Shown: positions 1-9,844, counted from the first letter of the stretch. The stretch: DNA of 64,000 nt from an uncultured virus (IMG/VR IMGVR_UViG_2654587972_000002) (IMGVR_UViG_2654587972_000002); one strand, 5' to 3'. Program-made: numbers and translations. Notes: generated from the letters alone by a model not told the origin.

Positions 1-174
1 ATGACACTTGAAAAAAAGATAAAAGCAAAAATTAAAGAATTGGAGGAGATAAGAGAGAAATATTTAAAAGAATATCAAGAAAAATTAGCAAATGGAGAAG
101 ATGATGAGGCACTTTGGAGATATATGGGAAATAAAAATATTGAAATATATACACTAAAAAATATATTGAAATAA
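1..174 (+). CDS. small phage early protein (57 aa)
   Basis: ATG at 1, TAA 172-174; homologous to 44461..44637. Confidence 0.7.
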   Translation: MTLEKKIKAKIKELEEIREKYLKEYQEKLANGEDDEALWRYMGNKNIEIYTLKNILK

Positions 175-241
175 AGGGGGAATGCTTATAAAACGATTCT
201 AGCATCAAATGAAGATAATAAAAAGCAAAGGATAAGATAAG

Positions 242-634
242 ATGATTATAAAATTCATAATAACTTTTTTTGCATTAATTGGGATTTCTTTATTTTTGTA
301 TATAGTAATAATAGCAATTATAAGAAAAGTACTTTTTGATAAATATAGGGAGGAGCTTCTAGAAGAAACGAAAGAACTAAAAATAGACTTTAAAAGATTA
401 AATAAATTTAAAAAGAAGGAATATATTCCGATAGAAGAAATTATACCAGATTTTAATTGGCTTGATTTACAAATAGCAATAAAAAAACAAGCTCCAAATA
501 TAGAACTTTGTTATCTAGTAAGAGCTTATGGGAGTACAGACTTCAAAATAATGACTGCTAATGAGTTAAAAGAGTTAGATAATGCTGAAAAACTAGATAA
601 TTTATTCATTAGTCCATTATTTAAAATCTTATAG
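242..634 (+). CDS. hypothetical protein with N-terminal TM helix
   Basis: hydrophobic N-terminus, co-oriented in early operon. Confidence 0.6.
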   Translation: MIIKFIITFFALIGISLFLYIVIIAIIRKVLFDKYREELLEETKELKIDFKRLNKFKKKEYIPIEEIIPDFNWLDLQIAIKKQAPNIELCYLVRAYGSTDFKIMTANELKELDNAEKLDNLFISPLFKIL

Positions 635-655
635 AGGTTAAAAATCAAATAAAAG

Positions 656-1285
656 GTGGAGGAGATGAACGATAAAAATAATTTAGTAGTATTTGAAAAT
701 ACAGAACTTCAAGTGATGGTAAACAATAATCATGAAATTGAAATGGACATAGATGAATTAGCAAAAGCTTTAAATTTTAAAGAAAAAGATTATTTAAAAA
801 AATTAATTGCTAGAAATCCAGAGTTACAAAGTTCAGAGTTTTCAAAAATAAAAAAAGTTTTAAGCAATGAAGGAGGAGTGTTAAAAAAAAGAGATAAAAG
901 AGTATTTAATCAAGATGGAATCTTTGAGATTTCTTATTTAGCAAATACAGATAGAGCCAAAGACTTCAGAAGATTTATAAAAGCATTTTCAAAAGAAATG
1001 ATAACAAGAATTAAAAATAATCAAATAGCTTTAAATCAAGGAGTCCCAGTACTACAAACAAAGATAGAACCAAAAATAGATCAAATGCTGGAATTGGTAA
1101 CTCAGAGAGATGATGAAATAGCAAACATATTTGAATTTTTTGAAAAAGCAAAAACATATTTTGAAATGATTGGAGTGATGCAAGAAGATATAAAACTGAT
1201 AAAAAGTAAGATGGATGAAATTGTTGATGCTGTTAACGAACTAAGTGATGAAGTGTATGGAGATGAAGATGGAGGAAAACAATAA
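656..1285 (+). CDS. Bro-N-like DNA-binding/antirepressor protein with coiled-coil C-terminus
   Basis: VFNQDGIFEISYLANTDRAKDFRRFI resembles the end of a Bro-N domain. Confidence 0.6.
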   Translation: MEEMNDKNNLVVFENTELQVMVNNNHEIEMDIDELAKALNFKEKDYLKKLIARNPELQSSEFSKIKKVLSNEGGVLKKRDKRVFNQDGIFEISYLANTDRAKDFRRFIKAFSKEMITRIKNNQIALNQGVPVLQTKIEPKIDQMLELVTQRDDEIANIFEFFEKAKTYFEMIGVMQEDIKLIKSKMDEIVDAVNELSDEVYGDEDGGKQ

Positions 1286-2030
1286 ATTTTATTTTGATTT
1301 ATTAAGTCTTGAATCAGAAATGAACTACAGAGACTATTCAATTTCAACTCGAAGAACATACAAAAGAATAGTAAAAGAATTTTTAGAAGCAACTAATAAG
1401 GATGTGATAGATGTAAAAAAAGAAGATGTAACAAGATTTTTAGATAATAAATTAATGGAATTATCAGTAAATACCATACTTGTAGAACTTAATGCTTTGG
1501 AGTTTTTCTTTGAAGAAATACTAGGCTTGAATATAACTGAAAATATTAGAAAGTATAAAAGAGTCTTTAAAAGAAAAGACTTTATAACAATAGAGCAGTT
1601 TAATATATTGGTAGCTTCAGTACCTGAAAGGGAAAAACTTATGTACCTAGTTCTTAAAGAATTAGGCTTATTTTTCAAAGAGATTGTAGAAATAAAAGTT
1701 GAAGACATTGACTATCCAGCTTCAACAATATTAGGAAGGAAAGTAAGCAAGGATCTAATAAAAAATCTATTGCAATATGCTGAAAAGCATGAGCTTGAAA
1801 ATGAAATTTTTCCATTTGAGCTAACTACTTTATGGAAAAGTAATAAATTAAATACAAAGAAATATTTAGGAAGAGTATGTAGTCTTGATGATATGAAACA
1901 TTCAATAGCTTTAGAGCTATATATAAAACCAGGAAAAGAAGAGGAGGCAGTTGAGTATTTAAGATTGAAAGATAGATACAGTTTAAGACAATATTATAAG
2001 AGAGTAGGTTACCAATATTTTAATTATTAA
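1269..2030 (+). CDS. tyrosine-recombinase-like protein with degenerate catalytic motifs
   Basis: SAM-like N-domain (YSISTRRTY...NALEFFF); LGLFFKE, SLDDMKHS and YLRL in place of GLRxSE, HxLRHS and LGH. Confidence 0.7.
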   Translation: MEENNKFYFDLLSLESEMNYRDYSISTRRTYKRIVKEFLEATNKDVIDVKKEDVTRFLDNKLMELSVNTILVELNALEFFFEEILGLNITENIRKYKRVFKRKDFITIEQFNILVASVPEREKLMYLVLKELGLFFKEIVEIKVEDIDYPASTILGRKVSKDLIKNLLQYAEKHELENEIFPFELTTLWKSNKLNTKKYLGRVCSLDDMKHSIALELYIKPGKEEEAVEYLRLKDRYSLRQYYKRVGYQYFNY

Positions 2031-2096
2031 AAAAAAGGACATCATGCTCGGCAAAGCTATGGTGTCCCAAATAAAAAAAACAACACTTTGATTATA
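2029..2096 (-). ncRNA. candidate small antisense RNA with terminator hairpin
   Basis: minus-strand TATAAT at 2091-2096; stem GGACATCAT/ATGGTGTCC 2037-2067; A-run 2029-2036 gives a U tail. Confidence 0.4.
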
Positions 2097-2112
2097 TCAA
2101 AAAGGAGAAGAA

Positions 2113-2244
2113 ATGGAAAGAATAAATTTTTTAAAAGGAATGCTTGAACACTTAAGAAAGCATCCAAACACATATAAAAAGATGATTTTAAAGATAGAAA
2201 AGGAGCTTGAAAATGTGTATAGAACAGAAGGTAGAGCAATATAG
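2113..2244 (+). CDS. small hypothetical protein (43 aa)
   Basis: AAGGAG RBS, ATG 2113, TAG 2244. Confidence 0.55.
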   Translation: MERINFLKGMLEHLRKHPNTYKKMILKIEKELENVYRTEGRAI

Positions 2245-2617
2245 AGAAAAATTAATTAGAATAACAGAAATAAAAAAGAATTTAATTGATGCTGAGATAA
2301 GTCTACAGAAAGTAATGCAAGAACTTAATCTTACACAATATGAATTCAAAAAGCTTTTAAATGGTGAATTAGAAGAAAGAGAAGCTGAGGTACTAGCATT
2401 ATGTGATAAAGTTCCAGCTTATGTAAAGAATAGAGATAAAAGAGTAAAAACATTTCAAAAGTCACTGTTACAAAGAGATTTAACATTGAAAGATTTTTGT
2501 AAAAATGAAAGATTAGATGAAAAGAAGGTATATAGAGCATTAAGAGGGCTTAATGCAGAAAGAGATCTAGAGACTGAAAAGGGAATTGAAAGGGCTTTGA
2601 ATGTAAGGATCTTTTAG
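2207..2617 (+). CDS. putative HTH DNA-binding protein (Ner-like position)
   Basis: HTH-like segments; directly upstream of transposase. Confidence 0.5.
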   Translation: MKMCIEQKVEQYREKLIRITEIKKNLIDAEISLQKVMQELNLTQYEFKKLLNGELEEREAEVLALCDKVPAYVKNRDKRVKTFQKSLLQRDLTLKDFCKNERLDEKKVYRALRGLNAERDLETEKGIERALNVRIF

Positions 2618-2629
2618 AAAGGAGCTTTT

Positions 2630-4489
2630 ATGACAAAAGAATACTTATTAGAAGATTTACAAAGACTCTTTGAAAAAACTAGAACTCAGGCTTTAAGATT
2701 TGCACAAGTTCAAGGCTGGACTGTTGAAAAGAAAAAAATTGGGAAAGTTTATAAGAATGTTTATAAGGCTTCTGAAATTGATGCTTATATATCATCATTA
2801 GTAGAAGTTAAAGAAGAAAAAGAAAAGAAGGTAGCAACTAGAACTGTTGTAAAAAAAGAGGCAACAGCAATTGATGAACTGCCTAGTTGGAATCAACGAA
2901 TTGCAAATGCAAGATTTATCATTTGTATGAAGTTAGAAGAAAAATATGAGGAAGGTGGAGATAGTAAAGAAGAAATAATAAAAAAATTTGTAAATGATGT
3001 AAATAGGAATTATCCACAACAAATGGAGATTTTAAAGAAGTTGACAGTTCCTACACTTCGTAGATGGTGGGGAATATATCTAAAAAATAAGCATAATCCT
3101 TTGGCTTTAGCTTCAGGACATGGAACAACTAAAGGGATCAGAAGAGTAGAAAAAGAAGTTTTAGAGTTTGCTAAGATGCTATATTTTAGCAAAAATAAAC
3201 CAAAGATTTCTTTTGTTTTTGAAAGAGTTGTAGCAATGTTTGGAGTAAAAGCAATTAGTTATGGAACTCTAAGAAATTATCTTAATAAGGATATAAATCT
3301 TATTGAAAAAGATAAGGCAAGAATGGGGAACAAAGAGTTTAAAGACACTTACACACCATTTATCGAGAGAAGCTACGAAGACATTAAAGCTGGAGAAGTT
3401 TGGATGTCAGATGGACATGATTTGGAAATGATGTGTTATCAAGGTGATAAGAAAAAAGCAAATGGTGATAGATACTTTGGATCTCCAAAACTAATCGTTT
3501 GGATAGATGTAAAAAGTAGATTTATAGTTGGTTGGAGTTTAGCATGGAGTGAAACAACTGAAGCTATAGCTATAGCTTTAAAAAGAGGGATTGAAAAGTA
3601 TGGAGTACCTCAGCATTTATACACTGACAACGGGAAGGCATATAAATCTAAAGTTTTGAAAGGAACTGATGAACTAGATGGAATATATGCAAGTTTAGGA
3701 ATAAATGTAGATCATGCAAGAGCATATAATGCTCAAGCAAAGCACATAGAAAGATGGTTCGTTGATTTTAAAGAAAGCTTTACAAAGCAATTTGCAACTT
3801 ATAAAGGTGGAAATATTATAGAAAGACCTGAGCATCTTAGAAGTTTCGCAATGCAAAAATTAGATAAAGGTGAAATTTTAGAACAATGGGAGCTTGAAGA
3901 GTTGATAGAAAAGTTTATAGAAACTAAAAATCATAATTATTATGCTTTAAGAAGAGCAGCAGGACTGAAAGCTCACAGAGGTAGAGGAATGAATAATAGA
4001 ACACCACTGGAAGTGTTCCAGGAAGAAAATCCACTTGCAAATAGAAAAATGCTATCAGATCAAGAACTTAGATTATTGTTCTTATATGAAGAAATAAGAA
4101 CAATAAAACAAAATGGTATTGAATTTATGGGAAATACTTATGTAAATGAATACCTATATTATCACCAAACTGAGAAATGTAAGATTAAGTATGATCCTCA
4201 TGATTTAAGCTATATCTTTGTTTATCAGGAAACAGGGGAATTTTTATGTAAAGCTGAGCAATTAGGACTTGCTGGTTGGAAAGATGTTACTGCTATTAAA
4301 ACACATAAGAAAAGACTTCAAAAAATTAGTAAGTTAAGTAAAGAGATTATGGGAATAAGAGAAGACATAAGAGATAATTTAGATTTAATTGATGCAACAA
4401 TAGTTGAAGACACTAAGGCTATAGAAAACAAGAAAAAAAATGAAAAAGAAAGAATACTTATAGGCGAAGGAATATACTTAGAAGATTAG
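2630..4489 (+). CDS. Mu-type DDE transposase (MuA-like)
   Basis: WMSDGH, YTDNGKAY, AKHIERWF triad; YDPHDLS C-terminal motif. Confidence 0.93.
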   Translation: MTKEYLLEDLQRLFEKTRTQALRFAQVQGWTVEKKKIGKVYKNVYKASEIDAYISSLVEVKEEKEKKVATRTVVKKEATAIDELPSWNQRIANARFIICMKLEEKYEEGGDSKEEIIKKFVNDVNRNYPQQMEILKKLTVPTLRRWWGIYLKNKHNPLALASGHGTTKGIRRVEKEVLEFAKMLYFSKNKPKISFVFERVVAMFGVKAISYGTLRNYLNKDINLIEKDKARMGNKEFKDTYTPFIERSYEDIKAGEVWMSDGHDLEMMCYQGDKKKANGDRYFGSPKLIVWIDVKSRFIVGWSLAWSETTEAIAIALKRGIEKYGVPQHLYTDNGKAYKSKVLKGTDELDGIYASLGINVDHARAYNAQAKHIERWFVDFKESFTKQFATYKGGNIIERPEHLRSFAMQKLDKGEILEQWELEELIEKFIETKNHNYYALRRAAGLKAHRGRGMNNRTPLEVFQEENPLANRKMLSDQELRLLFLYEEIRTIKQNGIEFMGNTYVNEYLYYHQTEKCKIKYDPHDLSYIFVYQETGEFLCKAEQLGLAGWKDVTAIKTHKKRLQKISKLSKEIMGIREDIRDNLDLIDATIVEDTKAIENKKKNEKERILIGEGIYLED

Positions 4490-4497
4490 GAGGAATC

Positions 4498-5445
4498 ATG
4501 GACGATTTAAGAACTAGATTAGAAATATTTTCAGAAGATAATAACATGAGCTTTACAAAAATAGCAAAAGCTATGGGTGTAGGAGCTAGTACATTAAGTG
4601 AGTGGAGAAAAGGAACATACTCAGGAGATAATGAAGCATTTTCTGAAAAAGTAAGTGACTTTTTAGATAGACATAAGAGAAAAATAAAAAGAATAAATTT
4701 TTCAGTAAATACAGAAACTAAAAAGAGAGTTTTTCATGTGTTGAATACTATAAAGAAGTATGTATCTTCTAATATAACTGAAGGGATTATAGAAAGCTCT
4801 AAGATAGGTTATATATATGGAAGGGCAGGATTAGGAAAAACTCATGCTTTACAAGAATGGTTAAAAACTTATGGGGGTAGGGGAGTTTTAATAACAGCAG
4901 AAAATGGGATATCTAGTGTTGGACTTATTAAAAAAATAGCAAAAGAATTAAAACTTGATACAACAGGAAGTTCTGAAACTCTAAAAGACAGGATAAAAGA
5001 TGCTATAAAACTAACAGAAACCATCATCATAATTGATGAAGGTGAACATTTAAAAGCAAATGTAATTGATATTGTAAGAAGCATAGCTGATCAAACAGGA
5101 GTTGGTGTAGTTATTGCAGGAACTGAAGTTTTAAAAAGTAAAATTTTATCAAGAAAAAAAGAATATGAATACTTATATTCAAGAGCTGTTGTAAATATTT
5201 CCTTAAAAGATTTAGCAATAAATGATGTTTCAAATATTGTAAAAGAATTTTTAAAAAATGAAATAGAACTATATAAAGAAACTGAGCTTCAAACATTAAT
5301 CAGCTACATAAATATAGTTGTAAGAGGTTCAGCAAGAAACTTAGCAAATGTTTTAACTTCAAGCTATGAAATAGCTCTACAAAATAACTCATTAAAAATT
5401 GAAAAGAAATATATAGATGCTGCATTATCAACTCTAGCATTATAA
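4498..5445 (+). CDS. MuB-like transposition AAA+ ATPase with N-terminal HTH
   Basis: Walker A GRAGLGKT, Walker B IIIIDEGE; follows transposase. Confidence 0.92.
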   Translation: MDDLRTRLEIFSEDNNMSFTKIAKAMGVGASTLSEWRKGTYSGDNEAFSEKVSDFLDRHKRKIKRINFSVNTETKKRVFHVLNTIKKYVSSNITEGIIESSKIGYIYGRAGLGKTHALQEWLKTYGGRGVLITAENGISSVGLIKKIAKELKLDTTGSSETLKDRIKDAIKLTETIIIIDEGEHLKANVIDIVRSIADQTGVGVVIAGTEVLKSKILSRKKEYEYLYSRAVVNISLKDLAINDVSNIVKEFLKNEIELYKETELQTLISYINIVVRGSARNLANVLTSSYEIALQNNSLKIEKKYIDAALSTLAL

Positions 5446-5458
5446 AAAAGGGGGAACT

Positions 5459-5695
5459 ATGAAAGATAAGGTATTGACTGAAGAAGCTAAGAAAATTTTA
5501 AAACAAGAGTATGGGAAAGATGCTTTAAAAATTGATAAGGAATTAAATGAACTAGCTACTCTTTCAGTAAAGAGAAAGAACTACATTCAAGCAGCTAACA
5601 AAGGAAATTCAAAAGCTAGGGAAAACTATGTAAAAATTACTGAGGAAATAAAAAAAATTGTAGTACAAATAAACAAAAAACTTTCAAAAAATTAG
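5459..5695 (+). CDS. hypothetical phage protein
   Basis: RBS, operon position. Confidence 0.6.
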   Translation: MKDKVLTEEAKKILKQEYGKDALKIDKELNELATLSVKRKNYIQAANKGNSKARENYVKITEEIKKIVVQINKKLSKN

Positions 5696-5814
5696 TGTTG
5701 ATTTGAATTGTGTTAAATGGAATTAGCAAGGCAAGGGAGAGAATAATATGAGAAAAAGACTAGCAATTGTTGTAGCTTCTATATTAATTGTTGCTGATAA
5801 TCAAGGAGGTTCAA

Positions 5815-5997
5815 ATGTGGAAGTTAGAAAAAGGTGATATTGTAAATTGTATTGTTGCTGAAACTGGAGAACTTACAGAAGGAAAGAAATATAAAATATT
5901 AAATATAAATTCTAAGATTAGCCAAATTGAAGTTATCAATGATAAAAAAGAAAAAAAGAGTTATTTAAGTGTAAGGTTTGACAAGGAGGAATTATGA
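5815..5997 (+). CDS. small hypothetical protein
   Basis: GGAGG RBS before ATG 5815. Confidence 0.55.
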   Translation: MWKLEKGDIVNCIVAETGELTEGKKYKILNINSKISQIEVINDKKEKKSYLSVRFDKEEL

Positions 5998-6299
5998 GTA
6001 CATGGGCTTTAATAGGATTGTCAATAGCTTTATTAATAGCTGGTTTTAACATAGGTTATGACTGTAGACATAAAAAATTATTTTTTAATAGGAGTAAAAA
6101 ATATAGATACTGGATTAGTTGCTTCTATTCTGTAAATGGAGTTGGATCTGTTGGAGGTTGGGCATTTGATTTTGATTTAGAGATGAATAGTAGTCAATTA
6201 AAAGTTTTTAAAGAAAAACAGATTAAAAACTTAAAAAATCAATTTAAAACAACAGATGTAGAATTTGAGATTATTGACTTTAAAAGATTAAAGGATTAA
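5994..6299 (+). CDS. hypothetical membrane-anchored protein
   Basis: N-terminal TM helix; ATGA overlap with upstream gene. Confidence 0.6.
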   Translation: MSTWALIGLSIALLIAGFNIGYDCRHKKLFFNRSKKYRYWISCFYSVNGVGSVGGWAFDFDLEMNSSQLKVFKEKQIKNLKNQFKTTDVEFEIIDFKRLKD

Positions 6300-6301
6300 A
6301 T

Positions 6302-6457
6302 ATGGAATTTAAAGACTTATATATAATTGATGGAATAGTTTACTTATACAAATATAATAATGGAGTTTATGCAGTATTGGAGGATGTATTAACAGGCTAT
6401 GAAGAGTTTGTAAGATTGGAGGAATTAAAACAATATGAGTATAAAAATTTATTGTGA
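6302..6457 (+). CDS. small hypothetical protein (51 aa)
   Basis: ATG 6302, TGA 6457; fills operon gap. Confidence 0.5.
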   Translation: MEFKDLYIIDGIVYLYKYNNGVYAVLEDVLTGYEEFVRLEELKQYEYKNLL

Positions 6458-6773
6458 AAATTGTGGAACTGAGATAAAAGATGGAGAAAAATTTTATGAA
6501 GCTTGTCTTGGAGAGTTCTATTGTAAAGACTGTGTCAAAGAACAGACTTTAACTTATTTTACTGTTGATTCTGAACCTATAGGAACAAATGGAGACACAG
6601 GGATTTACTTTAATCATAAGCAATTAAAAGAAGAGATTGAGCAAAAAATTAAAGAGATCAATAAATGTATAGAAATTTACAAAAATGATAAGACAAGAGG
6701 TGGACAATTTACATTTAGCTTTTTCAAAGAAAGAAAAAGACTACTAGAAGAAAAACTACAGGAATTTGAATAG
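6435..6773 (+). CDS. zinc-ribbon protein
   Basis: CENC...CKDC motifs. Confidence 0.6.
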   Translation: MSIKIYCENCGTEIKDGEKFYEACLGEFYCKDCVKEQTLTYFTVDSEPIGTNGDTGIYFNHKQLKEEIEQKIKEINKCIEIYKNDKTRGGQFTFSFFKERKRLLEEKLQEFE

Positions 6774-6828
6774 GTGGATATATTGACAGGTTATGAAATT
6801 TTAATTAATTTGGAAAATTTATGGAGGT

Positions 6829-7011
6829 TTGAATATTAAGACTAAAAAACAAATTTTGAAAGAATTAGAAAGAGTAAATAAAGAAATTGAAAAAAATAAA
6901 GGATCTAGTTTTACATTATATCCTTTAATAAAGTATAAAGAAGCATTATTATGGGTTTTAGAAGATAAAAAAGAAGGAGATAATTATGGATTTAAAAAAT
7001 TTAACAGCTGA
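6829..7011 (+). CDS. small hypothetical protein
   Basis: GGAGG RBS, TTG start. Confidence 0.5.
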   Translation: MNIKTKKQILKELERVNKEIEKNKGSSFTLYPLIKYKEALLWVLEDKKEGDNYGFKKFNS

Positions 7012-7666
7012 AGAAAAAGAGGCACTAAGAAAGCAATTTTTAGAAGAAGAAAAAAGCAAAGAAGCTAAAAGAAAAGAAAAAATAGAAGCTTATAAAAAGC
7101 TTGTAGATGAAACAGTAATGAGTTCAATGAAGAAAGTGAAAGAAGTTTCAGCACAAATTGCAATGGCTAAGAAAGAAGTATTTGATGACTTTAAAAGTAT
7201 AACAGAATTAAAGGCTGAATTATATGGAGTAAATGATAAGCAACAGTCTCATACATTTACAAGTAGTGATGGAAAGTTCACTATAACACTAGGTCATAGA
7301 ATGCTTGACAGTTTTGACGATACAGTTCATTCAGGAATAGAGAAGGTTAAAAGCTATATTTATAAATCTGTTCAGGATGAAAATAATCATTTACTTGAAA
7401 TAGTAAACTTACTCTTAAAGAAAGATAAAAACGGCAACTTGAAGGCTTCAAGAGTTATGGAACTAGAAAAAATAGCTGGAAATATAGATGATGCTGAACT
7501 AACTGAAGGTGTTCAAATAATAAAAGAAGCTTGGAAACCTCAGAAGTCTAAGACATTTATTGAAGCATACTATAAAGATGAAAATGGGAACAAAGTCAAT
7601 ATTCCTCTTTCTATGACTACAGTAATGGAGGAGAAAAATGAAGGAAATAAAGAAACATCAAATTAA
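6986..7666 (+). CDS. DUF3164-family protein typical of Mu-like phages
   Basis: QQSHTFTSSDG and KDKNGNLKASRVMEL motifs. Confidence 0.8.
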   Translation: MDLKNLTAEEKEALRKQFLEEEKSKEAKRKEKIEAYKKLVDETVMSSMKKVKEVSAQIAMAKKEVFDDFKSITELKAELYGVNDKQQSHTFTSSDGKFTITLGHRMLDSFDDTVHSGIEKVKSYIYKSVQDENNHLLEIVNLLLKKDKNGNLKASRVMELEKIAGNIDDAELTEGVQIIKEAWKPQKSKTFIEAYYKDENGNKVNIPLSMTTVMEEKNEGNKETSN

Positions 7667-8024
7667 ATATATTCATACTTTAAAGCATAAAGCAGGCTTA
7701 AAAGATGAAGATTATAGACTACTTTTAAAAAGTAAATTTAATAAAAATTCTAGTAAGGATCTCAGCTATAACCAAGCTGAGATTCTTATAAAAATCTTAG
7801 ATAGATTAATTAATGACTATGCAACAGAAAAGCAAAAAAACAAGTTAAATTCACTATATAGTAAAGTTTATAAAGAAAAAGATAAAAAAGAATTTATTGA
7901 ACATTATCTTGGAAAAGATAAAACAATGGATAATATGACAGTAAAAGAATGTAGTAAATTAATTTATGTTCTTGAAGAAATAGTTGAATGGCAAGAAAAA
8001 AAATTTGGAGGGAATAATGAATAA
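7638..8024 (+). CDS. GemA/gp16-like (DUF1018) protein
   Basis: IKYIHTLKHKAGLKDEDYR...SSKDLS motif. Confidence 0.75.
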   Translation: MKEIKKHQIKYIHTLKHKAGLKDEDYRLLLKSKFNKNSSKDLSYNQAEILIKILDRLINDYATEKQKNKLNSLYSKVYKEKDKKEFIEHYLGKDKTMDNMTVKECSKLIYVLEEIVEWQEKKFGGNNE

Positions 8025-8313
8025 AAAAAATACTAAAAAATTTATAAAAAGAATGATAGATAATTATATAACAATTTTACCTTGTAAATTTACAGATGTA
8101 ACTTTTGATAATGGAGAATTAGCAATGCTGACATCTAAAAAACCTTTTAGTTTAGGAAAAAGTATAGTAGTTAAACAATTTATAAGAGGAAAAATAACTG
8201 GAAAAGTAAAATCTTTAAAAAGATTTAAAACCAATAAATATAGTGGTTGGACTATGCTTATTGCAGTTGAAAGTGTTGATAGAGATGATTGTTTAGAGTT
8301 AGGAGGAAGATAA
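8017..8313 (+). CDS. hypothetical protein
   Basis: GGAGG RBS before ATG 8017. Confidence 0.5.
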   Translation: MNKKNTKKFIKRMIDNYITILPCKFTDVTFDNGELAMLTSKKPFSLGKSIVVKQFIRGKITGKVKSLKRFKTNKYSGWTMLIAVESVDRDDCLELGGR

Positions 8314-8314
8314 A

Positions 8315-8521
8315 ATGTGGAAATGTAAAAATTGCGGAGGGACTGAATTTATAGCAACTATCATTGCAGAACAAGAAGGGGAATTTAATAAAAGTGGAGA
8401 ATTTGAAGCTGAATTTGATACAGATATAAGTCAAGTACTGGAAGTAAAACATTTTAATTGTTGTAAATGTGGTTCAGAATTTGATGATATTAAAGAAATA
8501 GCTGATTGGGAGGAAGATTAA
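8315..8521 (+). CDS. small zinc-ribbon protein
   Basis: CKNC...CCKC. Confidence 0.6.
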   Translation: MWKCKNCGGTEFIATIIAEQEGEFNKSGEFEAEFDTDISQVLEVKHFNCCKCGSEFDDIKEIADWEED

Positions 8522-9105
8522 TGAAAGAAATAAATATAACAAAACATGCTTTAATGAGATATGCTTCAAGGGTTCACAAAGTTAATATTGTAAGTGACAG
8601 AACTTGGGATATCTGGAAAAAAGCAAATGAAGAGAAAATTCAAGAATTAGAAACAAATTTAAAAATTGAATTAGGAAGACTCGAATATATCTGTACAGCT
8701 TCTTATGATAAACATAAAAAAGCTGAGTTTTATATAAATAAGGATAAAATGATGACTTATGTAATTGTTGAATCAAGTTTAGTCACTTGTTATCCTATAA
8801 ATTATGAATTGGATGCTGAAGGAAACAAGGCTATTTTAAATATCTTACTAGAAAACTTAAAAAGAGCTAAAATTGCTGAGGATAATTTTGAAGATAATTA
8901 CTTTAAAGAAAGAGATAATTTAAAACAAGAAAAAGAATTAATCCAAGCTGAGATAGAGTTTTTAAATTCTAAATTGAAAAAACTACAAGAAAAAAGAGCA
9001 GGAATTGAAAGTAGACAACTTGAAATAATTGGAGAACAACAAGAACTAAGAGATCTTATAAAAGTAGCTGAAGAAAAGATAGTGAGAAGTAAACTAGCCT
9101 TATAA
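8521..9105 (+). CDS. hypothetical protein with coiled-coil C-terminus
   Basis: ITKHALMRY N-terminus; heptad repeats. Confidence 0.6.
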   Translation: MKEINITKHALMRYASRVHKVNIVSDRTWDIWKKANEEKIQELETNLKIELGRLEYICTASYDKHKKAEFYINKDKMMTYVIVESSLVTCYPINYELDAEGNKAILNILLENLKRAKIAEDNFEDNYFKERDNLKQEKELIQAEIEFLNSKLKKLQEKRAGIESRQLEIIGEQQELRDLIKVAEEKIVRSKLAL

Positions 9106-9114
9106 GGAATAAGA

Positions 9115-9690
9115 ATGGAAAGTAAAGAAGTTTTAAAACTTATAAGAGAAGCAAAAAAGGGAAATAATGAAGCTATAGAAACATTAATTGAAAGGTACTT
9201 GAATACTGTTAGAAAGATTAATCATAAGTGGGGTAACACAGATGATGGATTTCAGGAAGGAATACTTGGAATCTATCAAGCAATTAAAACTTATGATGAA
9301 AATTACAATACTAAATTTATGACACATCTGTATTTTTATGTAGAAGCTAAAATAAGAAAATATATAGATAAAGAAAATTATAGGGTTTCATATAATGCTA
9401 TAAGTGAAATCAAGAAAGGAAGGAGGGATAAAATACAATTTCAAACTTATGAAGGTTTAGAAATTGAGGATAAAAATATAAATAATGTAGATTTAGAAGA
9501 GAAAACATTTGTGGTAAAATTGCTGGATTGCTGCACAAAGCAAGAAAAATATGTTATTAAAAAGTTATACTTCGATGGTTATTCTGGCGAAGAAGTTGCG
9601 AAGCAACTAGAAGTTAGTAGACAAAGGGTGCATATAGTGAAGCATAGTGCACTAACAAAGATGAGGAAGGTACTAAATGGCAGAAACTAA
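9115..9690 (+). CDS. phage-encoded sigma-70-family sigma factor
   Basis: region 2 DDGFQEGILGIYQAI; region 4 HTH EEVAKQLEVSRQRV. Confidence 0.85.
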   Translation: MESKEVLKLIREAKKGNNEAIETLIERYLNTVRKINHKWGNTDDGFQEGILGIYQAIKTYDENYNTKFMTHLYFYVEAKIRKYIDKENYRVSYNAISEIKKGRRDKIQFQTYEGLEIEDKNINNVDLEEKTFVVKLLDCCTKQEKYVIKKLYFDGYSGEEVAKQLEVSRQRVHIVKHSALTKMRKVLNGRN

Positions 9691-9823
9691 CATTGAAAGA
9701 AATGAGAAGTATATTTTAGAAGAAATAAAAAAGCATGAAGGCTGGTGTGAGGTGAAAATAAAAAATGGATACATTATAGAAGCAAATAAAAAAGTGCCAA
9801 TAAAAATAGTAAAAAAAGAATAA
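9677..9823 (+). CDS. small protein (48 aa)
   Basis: ATG 9677, TAA 9823, overlaps end of sigma gene. Confidence 0.5.
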   Translation: MAETNIERNEKYILEEIKKHEGWCEVKIKNGYIIEANKKVPIKIVKKE

Positions 9824-9844
9824 ATTAAAATACTTTGTAGCATT

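Noticed and set aside
1102..1708. Minus-strand ORFs over phage genes (also 11147, 13871, 19717, 25705, 52804, 60852, 62027 and others)
   Set aside because: Antisense shadows of well-supported genes; no RBS or motifs
2037..2067. GC-richer structured patch as a possible tRNA
   Set aside because: Single hairpin, no cloverleaf or T-loop
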